NCBI GenBank assembly: GCA_046498225.1
Contig: JAWOBF010000080.1
Span: forward strand, 1-18,127
Source of the DNA: Candidatus Aegiribacteria sp.
GTDB taxonomy: Bacteria; Fermentibacterota; Fermentibacteria; Fermentibacterales; JCC-6
Direction of reading: 5' to 3'
DNA length: 18,127 nt
The notes below the pieces were generated by a model that searched no databases, was not told the origin of the DNA, and saw nothing but the letters and a program-made list of their open reading frames with translations. Both the position numbers and the translations under genes were made by a program. Positions 1 through 8,114 of this stretch are shown here, piece by piece; positions within the stretch are counted from its first letter, which is position 1; every line of letters begins with the position of its first letter.

Positions 1-92
1 TCCATCTTCCGCTCTCCCATGAACAGCGGCGTGCCGGGAGGCTGGCCGGCCTGCTCCCTGACCCTTCTGGTGACCCCTCTCTTCCTTGTCAT
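1..92 (-). CDS. corA: Magnesium/cobalt transporter CorA, N-terminal fragment (runs off the window edge; not in the ORF track)
   Basis: Manual translation from ATG at 92 gives MTRKRGVTRRVREQAGQPPGTPLFMGERKME, which matches the GxPPGT(L)xxxGE N-terminal signature of Thermotoga-type CorA. An AAGGAGAAGG Shine-Dalgarno lies just upstream. Only 30 codons are visible. Confidence 0.75.
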   Translation of the reverse strand, partial: MTRKRGVTRRVREQAGQPPGTPLFMGERKM

Positions 93-188
93 TCCTTCTC
101 CTTCCCGCGGCCCGGCGATACTGTTTTTTCGCCGTTCAGTATAATGCCGTCATACTGGAATAGCCAGAGCCCACCACAGTTTCCCGCG

Positions 189-217
189 TTGATGAACAGA
201 AGAGTTTGTGCGATAAT
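189..217 (+). promoter_or_regulatory. Putative sigma70 promoter for addBA
   Basis: TTGATG (189-194), 17-nt spacer, GATAAT (212-217), with an extended -10 TG at 209-210. Implies the real addB start is ATG 259 rather than TTG 217. Confidence 0.55.
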
Positions 218-258
218 TGTTCGGTGCGGAGCTTTCCTCATACAACGGAACGGGACGG

Positions 259-3123
259 ATGGTTGTAAATAAACTCTTCCAGGGCCACTACAGGTCCCTG
301 GAGCCGGACTTTGTCCGGCTGCTCTCTCAGCTGGAACCGGACGGGGGCAGTGTCTGGGTGACGGCGGCGGGGGCCGAGCAGCTGGACAGGCTGAGGGAAC
401 TTGTCCTGGAAGACGCCCCCGGCCCTGTGGTGGGAGGCATCCGGTTCCTGCCCGGCATAAGGCATCTCGCCCAGAAGCTGCGGGAGGTTCCGGCGCCCCT
501 GGAGACCGTCAGCCATTCGGACAGGACCCTGCTCACCCTTGAAGCCATGAGCGAACTGAAGCCCGGCGAGCCTCTGTACGACCTGCGGGGCAACCCGGAT
601 ACGGCCCTGTCCCTGGGCACTTTCTTCGAGGACCTCTTCGAGCACGGCATAAGGCCGGACCTCTACGAGATATCCACCCTTTCTCTCTCCCGGGAACAGA
701 CAGCCACCGAAAGAACGGTTGGGCGCCTGCTGCACTCCTACCACCGGGAAAGGAGCGAATGCTACTCCAGCTGCGGGGACATGATAATGGACAGGGATGT
801 TCCCCCGCCTGCCGGAGACGTGTTCGTGTTCTACGGCTTCTACGACCTCAATCCTCTCCAGCGCAGATTCATCAGAGGGCTCCTTCCCGGGGCGAAAGGG
901 GTCTACTGGTTCAGCCCGGTATCTGAGAACTCGCCGTGGAGCGGTGTCTACCGGCGGACAGGAAAGCTCCTTGCGGAACTGGGAACAGGCCCGGTGGAGA
1001 GGTCCGGCATGAAGCTGCCCATGAACAGGTTCGCCGCCTTCTTCCAGTCGCTGAGGACCCAGGACCGGCCCTCACCCCCCATGCCGGGGTTCCGAATAAC
1101 AGCGGTCACCGGGGAGATGGGAAGCTGCCGAGCCGCCCTGGACCGGATATCGGAGCTCAGCGCCGGGGCCGGTGTCCCCCTCCCCCGAATAGCCGTGGCG
1201 CGCAGAAAACAGGGCGGAGGCATCCTGGCCCGATTGGCCCACCATGAGGGCGTCAGGATCAAGGCTCCCCTTACAACGCCCCTGTCACGCATGCCCCAGG
1301 CCGGCTTCCTCATGGACCTGCTGGAATTCCTGAAGGGAGATTTCTACTATTCGTACCTGGAGAGTCTCCTGTCCCGTGGCATGCTGAGGGAAGCGTACGA
1401 TGTCGACCCTTCGGCGGTGGCGGAAATACTGGAGGAAGAAGGGGTGAGGATGGGTCGGGAGCGATGGAGGGACTGGTACTCCGCAGCTCCCCCCGGTGGT
1501 CTGGAAGCCCTGCTGCGTGAACTGGACACATTCTTCGGGTCCGTTCCGGGGAAGGCCTCCCCGGGTCGCTACCTGTCACTTCTGGAGGACCTCTGCGGGA
1601 AGGTGGCCAGGACCGGACACCAACCGCGTGTCTGGCAGGCCATGTTCGACCCAAGGCAGTTCAGGTGCTCCCGCGAGATGTCCATGGAGGAATTCTCCTC
1701 CGCCCTGGAGCTTCAGTACAGGCGGGCCGAGGTGGTGCTGAGGGAAGCGGACCCGGAAGGCTTCCATCTGCTGACGGTGGAAAAGCTCAGGGGCTGTTCC
1801 TACCGCAGCGTGATACTGATGGACATGGAGGAGGGAACCTACCCGAGGCCGCAGGTGGAGGACCCCAGGCTCAGCGAGGAGCTCAGAACGAAGCTGCAGC
1901 TTTCCCTGAAGTCCCAGCGGGAGATGGAGGACGGACTGCTGCTGAGGCAGGCCGGGGAGGCCGCCGAAGAGAGCCTGGATATCATATACAGGGAACAGGA
2001 AAGCGACGGCGGCGACATCGCTCCCTCCCCCTTCATAGCCCCGCTGGTGGCTCCATTCGATGGTTCCGTTCCCGATCCCGAGTGGTTCCGGCGGACCTCA
2101 TCCTCTCCCGTGGGACAGCTTCTGGGAGGGGAGCATCCGGGACAGCTGAGGGCCGCCGGGGCACTGGAAGGAGAGCTGCCGGACGGCCCGGTTTTCGCAG
2201 AGGCACTGACGGCGGAGAACTCGCGCATGGATTTCCATGGTTTTGACAGGTACGACGGTATCCTGGAGGACGCCCCGCCCCTTTCGGATACCCTTACCCC
2301 CACCATGCTGGAGAGCTACGTCAGGTGTCCCTTCGCTTTCCTCGCGGAGAGGATATGGAAGCTGGACCGGGCCGAACCTCAGGACATCGGCAGCGTACCG
2401 GAACCCGCAACCAAAGGCAACATCGTCCATGAGGCGGTGGAGGGAATAGTGGAGCGCTGGGGTTTCGGCCCGCGCCCCGGGGACGTAAGGAGCTTCCTTC
2501 AGGAGAAAGCCTTGTCAAAGGGACTTCCGGGGTTGCTGGGGACGGAGTACCTGTGCGAGATGTTCATAGAGAACCAGACGGAGGTCATCCTTCAAAGCCT
2601 CGAGAACCTCCGCTCCCGCGGATGGAGGTTCCTGGCGGGAGAGCAGGCCCTCACCGGCAGGCTGGACCGGCTGAACATAAGGGGCCGGATCGACCTGGTA
2701 CTGGAGGACAGGGAGTCGAACCTGGTGCTGGTGGACCTGAAGACCGGCAAACTCCCCTCCAGGAAAGATGTGGAGAAGGCAACCGTGTTCCAGCTTCCCT
2801 TCTACTTCCAGCTTGCGGCCGGGGAGTATCCCGGAAGGGAGATATCCCTCACCGGGTACGTCTCCATCAGCCAGAGGACTCCCGGAAGGGTGCTGGCCTT
2901 CAGCGCCGCCGAGATGGCGGGAGTAATGGGAAGAGCGCGGGAGAACGCCGCGCGTCTTGCCGGCATGATGGAGCGGGGGCTTTTTCCCCCCGTTCCCACG
3001 GGATGGTGCCGCAGCTGCCTTTACAGGGGGCTCTGCCGGCTCACCCCCACGGCCAGAATTAGGGCGAAGGTACTGTCCGACAGCAGGATGGAATTCTTTC
3101 ACAGCATCCTGAAAGTGAGATGA
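259..3123 (+). CDS. addB: AddB-like subunit of the ATP-dependent helicase/nuclease (inactive helicase-like N-terminus plus PD-(D/E)XK nuclease with Fe-S staple)
   Basis: C-terminal motifs LTPTMLESYVRCPF, KGNIVH, RGRIDLV, LVDLKTG, FQLPFY and CRSCLYRGLC (1+3 Cys). Also FYGFYDLNPLQ and GxYP/EDP-L motifs of the UvrD-like remnant. Overlaps the downstream addA by ATGA. The ORF track starts at 217 (TTG); ATG 259 is preferred. Confidence 0.85.
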   Translation: MVVNKLFQGHYRSLEPDFVRLLSQLEPDGGSVWVTAAGAEQLDRLRELVLEDAPGPVVGGIRFLPGIRHLAQKLREVPAPLETVSHSDRTLLTLEAMSELKPGEPLYDLRGNPDTALSLGTFFEDLFEHGIRPDLYEISTLSLSREQTATERTVGRLLHSYHRERSECYSSCGDMIMDRDVPPPAGDVFVFYGFYDLNPLQRRFIRGLLPGAKGVYWFSPVSENSPWSGVYRRTGKLLAELGTGPVERSGMKLPMNRFAAFFQSLRTQDRPSPPMPGFRITAVTGEMGSCRAALDRISELSAGAGVPLPRIAVARRKQGGGILARLAHHEGVRIKAPLTTPLSRMPQAGFLMDLLEFLKGDFYYSYLESLLSRGMLREAYDVDPSAVAEILEEEGVRMGRERWRDWYSAAPPGGLEALLRELDTFFGSVPGKASPGRYLSLLEDLCGKVARTGHQPRVWQAMFDPRQFRCSREMSMEEFSSALELQYRRAEVVLREADPEGFHLLTVEKLRGCSYRSVILMDMEEGTYPRPQVEDPRLSEELRTKLQLSLKSQREMEDGLLLRQAGEAAEESLDIIYREQESDGGDIAPSPFIAPLVAPFDGSVPDPEWFRRTSSSPVGQLLGGEHPGQLRAAGALEGELPDGPVFAEALTAENSRMDFHGFDRYDGILEDAPPLSDTLTPTMLESYVRCPFAFLAERIWKLDRAEPQDIGSVPEPATKGNIVHEAVEGIVERWGFGPRPGDVRSFLQEKALSKGLPGLLGTEYLCEMFIENQTEVILQSLENLRSRGWRFLAGEQALTGRLDRLNIRGRIDLVLEDRESNLVLVDLKTGKLPSRKDVEKATVFQLPFYFQLAAGEYPGREISLTGYVSISQRTPGRVLAFSAAEMAGVMGRARENAARLAGMMERGLFPPVPTGWCRSCLYRGLCRLTPTARIRAKVLSDSRMEFFHSILKVR

Positions 3124-6100
3124 TGAGCATGGCCGGGCCTCCGGACCAGAGCATGAGGGACGCCATTCTGGACGAGTCCCGCAGGAACGTATCAGTTCAG
3201 GCCAGCGCGGGGACGGGCAAGACCACCCTGATGGTGGAGAGGGTGGTGCGGCTGGTGAAGCGGGGCATTCCCATGGACAGGATAGCGGTGGTGACCTTTA
3301 CCGACGCGGCCGCCGCGGAGCTCAGGCTTAGAATAAGGTGCAGACTCAGGGAGGAGGCCGGCCTGGGTGTTCCGGAATGCGGAAAAGCCCTGGACGGAAT
3401 AGCTTCGGCATGGATATCCACCATTCACGGCTTCGCTTCCAGGGTGCTGAGGGAGTACTTCAACCTTACCGGGGTGGACCCCTCCTTTGTCACCACCGAG
3501 TCGCATTTCACGCCCCTGGAGGTCAGCAGGGAGTGGAACAGCTGGCTCCTGGACCTGGAACCCACTGCTGGAGAACGGGAACTGCTCTCCCGGACAACCA
3601 CCTCAGTGCAGAAGATGATAGCCATGGGAATGGAGGAGAGAAGATGGCTCGATTCGCCGGAGATGGTGGGCGGCACGGAAACCGTGATGAAGATCTTCGA
3701 GGAATTCATGGCGACCCACGGGGCGGAGGTGGAGTCGGTCCTGGGTGAGTGCGCCAGCCCTTCGGACAGGCTCTGCGCCGGGGGAAGGGAATTCCTGGAC
3801 AGTCTGGCGGAGCTGGAGGCCCGAATGCCGGTGCCAGCGCCCGACACCGTTCTCAGAGCGGACCGGGCCATCAATCTGGGTTCCGGCAGGGCGGGGAACT
3901 GGCCCGACAAGGACCGCGCGAAAGCAGTGCTGGGAGCCGCCAGGGACAGGTTCAGGGAAATTGCTCCCGTGCTCGGTTCCGGCAGGCTCACGGAACTCTC
4001 CTGGGAACTGGCCGGTAGCTTCGCCCGGGGGCTGAGGAGGAAGTGGGACTCCGACAGGAGCAGGCTTTCCTACGATGATCTCCTGTACACCGCGTGGAAG
4101 GCCATATCCGGAAGCGGAAGGCTGGCCGAGTGCCTGGCCGAAAGATTCGATCATGTCCTCATCGATGAGTTTCAGGATACCAGCCGCGAGCAGACCGCCA
4201 TATTCAGGGCGTTCATGGAGAAGGAAGGAACCATTCCCCGGGGACGCATCACCGTGGTCGCCGATGACAAGCAGTCGATATACGGGTGGCGGAACGCGGA
4301 TATTGAGACCTACAACGATTTCAGGGAACGGCTGGAGAGGGGAGGAGCGCTCAGCCTGACCATCACCACCAACTTCAGGAGCAGCCGGAACATAATAAGG
4401 TTCGTGAACTGCTTCGGTCGGGAGCTTTTCCTCTCGCAGGCTCCGGAGGAGATGAGGTTCGGCTGTGACTACTCTCCCATACAGCCTTCCCCGAAGGCGG
4501 CCGAAGGCCGGCCGGTGAGGGTGCTGAGCCTTCCCTCCATGCCGGATGATCTGAAGGCCACCCAGAGCACTCCATCCTGGTCCGCCAGGCTTCAGGCGGG
4601 CTGGTTCGCCGATTACGTTATGGATGGAATGAGGTCCGGCCTGGCCCCGGAGGATTTCGCACTTCTCTTCAGGTCCGGCACCCACATGCACCATTTCGTG
4701 GACAGCCTGGAGAGGGAGAACATTCCCTACAGGATGGCCTCCACCGGGGATTTTCTGAGAAGGCAGGAGGTGGTGGACCTGCGGGAGATGCTGAGATGCC
4801 TGGTCTATCCCTCGGACACCCTCGCCTGGGTCCACACCCTCCGGTCGCTCTTCTTCGGCATTCCCGACCCCCGCATCAGCCTCGCCCTCTCTTCCGGAAG
4901 CAGGAGCTTCCAGGACATATGTCCCGTACCGGAGGTGGAGCGGGCCGGCCGCAGCCTGAGGAGGCTCAGAAGGGCGCTGCTGGACCTGCCGCTGGCGGAC
5001 CTGCTGCCGGAGTTGCTCCTGCAGATGGAGATGGTCCCGGTGGTCTGCGCCGGAGGGTACCAGGTGACCAGGAGGCTGGGCAACCTGCAGAGCATTCTGG
5101 AACAGGTGCTGTCCGGCGAAGCGGAATCACCGGTTGCGCTTCTCAACCTGCTGGATGAGAGGTACACTCCCGGAAGGCCGGAGGAACCGTCCACAGTTCC
5201 CCTGGAGGGCGGGGCGGTAACCCTGTCCAGCATACATTCCGCCAAGGGCCTGGCCTGGAAGCACGTGGTACTGGCGGGACTGCCCGCGCGGTCCGGCGGT
5301 TTCCGGGACCGGTTCATCTCCTACGATCACGGGAGGATGGCGGCCTTCGATCTGGGGCTGTCCGCGGACGGCGCCGGCAGGGTCAGGATGAAGTCCCCCC
5401 TGTGGCCGGAGATATCCTCCCTGGAGAAGGCCCGGGAGACCGCGGAAGCCAGGCGGCTGATATACGTGGCGGTGACCAGGGCCAGGGATTCCCTGGTCGT
5501 ACTGGCGGAGACCGGGGCGGGGGAGGGAAGCGGTGATGCCGCGATAATGTGGGAGAGTATCGGAAGGGCCAGGGAGAAGGACCCGGAATGCTGCGTCCTG
5601 GAAGAGCTGAAGCCCGGGGAGGTTTTCGCCCCCGCAACCCGCGGAATGACTCCGGGAATAGGCGAGGGGAGCGCCGTCTACCTGGATGACACGCCCCTGT
5701 TCAAGGCGGACCCGAAACCGGAGGGATGGCAGCCCGGGGGAGCCGTTATCGGAGACTGCGTTCACGCTGTCATGGAGAAGATAGACATGAAGGACCCGGA
5801 GGGATGGTTCCGGCGCAACCGTGAATACCTGGAAAAACTCCACGGGAGCGACCTGGAGGAAGTGAGGACTCTCTGTCTGAACTTCTTCATCATGGACCTG
5901 CCCTTCGACCTGGATAACTCCAGCATTCTGGGCAGGGAATACCATTACTTCGTGAAGACACCCGAGGGCGTCAAGAAAAGGTACATAGACCTGCTGCTGA
6001 GGACACCGGAGGGACGGCTGACCGTGGTGGACTACAAGACCGACGACCTGAAGGAGGATACACGCGAGGAAGTGACAGGCGCATACATGGAAACCATGCG

Positions 6101-6221
6101 TCACTACATAGAGGATATAGGCCGGCTGTTCGGCGAACCCGTCCGCGGCCACCTCGCCTTCCTCCGCCATAGGGACGCACCTGAATTCATTAACTTAAAT
6201 GGCGGATTATTTAACAATTAA
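3120..6221 (+). CDS. addA: AddA-like UvrD/SF1 helicase with C-terminal RecB-family nuclease
   Basis: Walker A ASAGTGKT, motif Ia VTFTDAAA, STIHGF, Walker B IDEFQD, DDKQSIYGWRNAD, NFRS, SIHSAKGL, RRLIYVAVTRA. Nuclease motifs GDCVH...YIDLL...VDYKT...Y. Confidence 0.92.
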   Translation: MMSMAGPPDQSMRDAILDESRRNVSVQASAGTGKTTLMVERVVRLVKRGIPMDRIAVVTFTDAAAAELRLRIRCRLREEAGLGVPECGKALDGIASAWISTIHGFASRVLREYFNLTGVDPSFVTTESHFTPLEVSREWNSWLLDLEPTAGERELLSRTTTSVQKMIAMGMEERRWLDSPEMVGGTETVMKIFEEFMATHGAEVESVLGECASPSDRLCAGGREFLDSLAELEARMPVPAPDTVLRADRAINLGSGRAGNWPDKDRAKAVLGAARDRFREIAPVLGSGRLTELSWELAGSFARGLRRKWDSDRSRLSYDDLLYTAWKAISGSGRLAECLAERFDHVLIDEFQDTSREQTAIFRAFMEKEGTIPRGRITVVADDKQSIYGWRNADIETYNDFRERLERGGALSLTITTNFRSSRNIIRFVNCFGRELFLSQAPEEMRFGCDYSPIQPSPKAAEGRPVRVLSLPSMPDDLKATQSTPSWSARLQAGWFADYVMDGMRSGLAPEDFALLFRSGTHMHHFVDSLERENIPYRMASTGDFLRRQEVVDLREMLRCLVYPSDTLAWVHTLRSLFFGIPDPRISLALSSGSRSFQDICPVPEVERAGRSLRRLRRALLDLPLADLLPELLLQMEMVPVVCAGGYQVTRRLGNLQSILEQVLSGEAESPVALLNLLDERYTPGRPEEPSTVPLEGGAVTLSSIHSAKGLAWKHVVLAGLPARSGGFRDRFISYDHGRMAAFDLGLSADGAGRVRMKSPLWPEISSLEKARETAEARRLIYVAVTRARDSLVVLAETGAGEGSGDAAIMWESIGRAREKDPECCVLEELKPGEVFAPATRGMTPGIGEGSAVYLDDTPLFKADPKPEGWQPGGAVIGDCVHAVMEKIDMKDPEGWFRRNREYLEKLHGSDLEEVRTLCLNFFIMDLPFDLDNSSILGREYHYFVKTPEGVKKRYIDLLLRTPEGRLTVVDYKTDDLKEDTREEVTGAYMETMRHYIEDIGRLFGEPVRGHLAFLRHRDAPEFINLNGGLFNN

Positions 6222-6265
6222 CAGATAAAATATGCAGGGGTTCCTGCGACCCTCTGGGGGAAATG

Positions 6266-6294
6266 AAGGCCGGGGACCCTCCGTCCCCGGCTTT
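6266..6294. terminator. Hairpin between convergent addA and the propeller gene (probable terminator, possibly bidirectional)
   Basis: AAGGCCGGGGAC-CCTCC-GTCCCCGGCTTT: 12-bp stem with one G-T pair, located between two convergent stop codons. U-tracts are weak on both strands. Confidence 0.6.
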
Positions 6295-6309
6295 GCTCCG
6301 TCTTGGAAG

Positions 6310-7053
6310 CTACATTGAACACAGCGCGGTGGCGCCCGCCCAGCCGTCTGTAAGGGATTCGAACTCGCCGGTGTCCGCGTCGGTCTTCCAGAGGGTTCCC
6401 TCCCAGATGGTATACACAAAACCGTTGGCCACCGCCATCTCGGTGACGCCGCCGTATCCCCCTCCGATATTCACGTAATCGCCGGTGTAGGGGTCTACCC
6501 TGTAGAGAACGTCTCCCTGAACCACGAACAGGTCGTCGCCGCTGCCGGCCATCGCCGTTGTGCCCGAGTAGGTTGAAGGAAGCTCGGTGAAGTTGCCGGT
6601 GAACGCGTCGGTCCTGTACAGGACATCGTTCTGCAGGACCATGAGCGCTTCTCCGGCCCAGGCCAGCAGCTGAGTGCCGGTGTACTCTCCGGGAATGCTT
6701 TCCCAACTGCCGTCGTAGGGGTCCACCTGATAGATGACATCGCCCTGGCAGGCGTAGAGGAAGTCATCGCTGGCGGTAAGGGCGTTCGCCCCCTCCCAGG
6801 TGGAGGTAAGGCTTTCCCATTCACCGCTGCCGGGGTCGGCCATGTAAAGCACGTCACCCTGAATGGCGTAGAGGTATCCCTGGCATGAGGTGAGAAGCTC
6901 CGTCCCGGACCAGGTGGAAGAGAGCTCGGTCCAGGACCCGTCCCCGGGGTCCACGCTGTAAAGGTAATCCCCGTCGATCGCGTAGAGCCGTTCGGCGAAG
7001 CCGGTGCCCGCCATCGCGGCCAGAAGAAGTGTGGTCAGCGCAAGAAGTCTCAT
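6310..7053 (-). CDS. Secreted six-repeat beta-propeller protein, function unknown
   Basis: Sec signal MRLLALTTLLLAAMAGTGFA|E, AAGGAG RBS, six tandem ~38-aa repeats (L-Y-A-I-Q-G-D-V-L-Y-x-V-D-P-x-x-G-x-W...W/Y-x-G). Confidence 0.85.
   Translation of the reverse strand: MRLLALTTLLLAAMAGTGFAERLYAIDGDYLYSVDPGDGSWTELSSTWSGTELLTSCQGYLYAIQGDVLYMADPGSGEWESLTSTWEGANALTASDDFLYACQGDVIYQVDPYDGSWESIPGEYTGTQLLAWAGEALMVLQNDVLYRTDAFTGNFTELPSTYSGTTAMAGSGDDLFVVQGDVLYRVDPYTGDYVNIGGGYGGVTEMAVANGFVYTIWEGTLWKTDADTGEFESLTDGWAGATALCSM
6313..6984 (-). repeat. Six intragenic ~114-bp (38-codon) degenerate tandem repeats
   Basis: Repeat units start YAIDGD, YAIQGD, YACQGD, MVLQND, FVVQGD, YTIWEG at 38-aa spacing. Confidence 0.85.
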
Positions 7054-7090
7054 TACGTCTCCTTCCGATAGTTTATGTTCGGCACAAAGT

Positions 7091-7972
7091 TCACTGTTCG
7101 TTCCCGTCCCATCCGTTCACCACGGCCAGCATCCACCAGACCGCCCTGCCCTTCTGCCGGCAGCTTCCGTAGGTGGTGTGCCCGGCCTCGTCCCCGTTGA
7201 ACTCCGGGTGCTCCACCGGAACCGATGTGCCGGACCATGAATAGGTGTTCTGTTCCCACTGTGAAGTTGAGGGGTCCTGCCACCAGGAATCGAGGTCGGC
7301 GAAATCGTAGAGGACCCTGTCGTTGTTCTGACAGAACTGTCGGACCTGCTGGTTCCGCATATACCTGTTGTAGCCGTCGCTTCCCGTGCTCTGGGCGTTG
7401 CCGGTCATGTATACGAAAGTGACGGAGGGATATTCCGCCTCCAGAGTGGACATGGAGTCGAGGTATGCCTGCACCTGCTCCTCTCCGTAGTAGTCCATCT
7501 GGCTGCACCAGCACCACATGCAGACGTTTATGGAGGGATTGGCGTCCAGCACCGCCCTGGTCATGTTCATTCCATCGCGGGTTTCCCAGAAAAGATCCGG
7601 TGTGACGTAGGTCTCCCCCTGCTGGCCGTCGAAGATGCAGAGCGCTCCCGCTACCTCCGGCAGGTAGCCACTTCCCGTCTCCACGTCGAACAGGGGGTCG
7701 TCCGATTCCAGTAGCGCAAGGCCGGCGGTGAGCTGGCCGCCATGGGAGGTGTGGGCGTAGTGCAGCCTGATGTTATCCTGTACGGCGGATATCCATTGCT
7801 CCGGTATACCGCCGAGGTCGGTACAGGTGTGGTCTATAAGACCGTCGAAACCGGTTCCTCCACCTGAGCCTTCTCCCGGCGGTCCTGTGGCGTCATCCCC
7901 CGAACAGGCTGACGCGCCCAGCAGCAGGAACAGTCCCAATGCGCATGATACGGCGCGTTCACATGAGCTCAT
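7091..7972 (-). CDS. Lipoprotein with putative SGNH/GDSL-like hydrolase domain
   Basis: Start reassigned to ATG 7972 (GGAGG RBS). Hydrophobic leader ending in lipobox-like ASA|C, then a Gly/Pro linker. YAHTSHGGQL is the candidate block-I Ser. YPSVTFVYMTG, RNQQVRQFC...VLYDFADLD and C-terminal DEAGH are candidate Asp/His. The fold assignment is inference. Confidence 0.65.
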   Translation of the reverse strand: MSSCERAVSCALGLFLLLGASACSGDDATGPPGEGSGGGTGFDGLIDHTCTDLGGIPEQWISAVQDNIRLHYAHTSHGGQLTAGLALLESDDPLFDVETGSGYLPEVAGALCIFDGQQGETYVTPDLFWETRDGMNMTRAVLDANPSINVCMWCWCSQMDYYGEEQVQAYLDSMSTLEAEYPSVTFVYMTGNAQSTGSDGYNRYMRNQQVRQFCQNNDRVLYDFADLDSWWQDPSTSQWEQNTYSWSGTSVPVEHPEFNGDEAGHTTYGSCRQKGRAVWWMLAVVNGWDGNEQ

Positions 7973-8025
7973 CTTATCCCCTCCACAGTGAGAATGGCCC
8001 GGTATGAACACCAATGTCGAAGTTT

Positions 8026-8054
8026 ATAATGATGGGTAGGCCGGCCGGGGTCAA
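8026..8054 (-). promoter_or_regulatory. Putative sigma70 promoter for the lipoprotein-propeller pair
   Basis: Minus-strand TTGACC (8054-8049), 17-nt spacer, CATTAT (8031-8026), immediately downstream of the C25 terminator. Confidence 0.45.
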
Positions 8055-8060
8055 CTATAG

Positions 8061-8094
8061 AAAAAGGGCGGAAGAGCATCGGCCCTTCCGCCCT
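8061..8094 (-). terminator. Rho-independent terminator of the C25 peptidase gene
   Basis: Minus strand AGGGCGGAAGGGC-CGAT-GCTCTTCCGCCCT then TTTT: 13-bp GC-rich stem (one G-U), 4-nt loop, U-tract, 20 nt after the stop codon. Confidence 0.8.
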
Positions 8095-8114
8095 GCGCGT
8101 CCTGCCGCTCTGGG

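Noticed and set aside
217..258. TTG start for addB given by the ORF track
   Set aside because: It overlaps the predicted -10 element and has no RBS. ATG 259 fits better.
3603..6170. Long antisense ORFs (410 aa and 347 aa) within addA
   Set aside because: Shadow frames of a GC-rich gene with no recognisable motifs.
259..6221. Helicase-nuclease pair as a novel anti-phage system
   Set aside because: Gene order, sizes and motifs fit housekeeping AddAB recombinational repair, and there is no defence-island context.
6190..6222. Chromosomal dif site
   Set aside because: Only about 8/11 match to the XerD arm TTATGTTAAAT and no proper 11-6-11 arrangement. Kept only as an unexplained palindrome.
6313..6984. 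CRISPR array or DNA-level repeat element
   Set aside because: The repeats are degenerate, in-frame and conserved at protein level, with no identical repeat-spacer structure and no cas genes. The AddB Fe-S nuclease is Cas4-like only by family.
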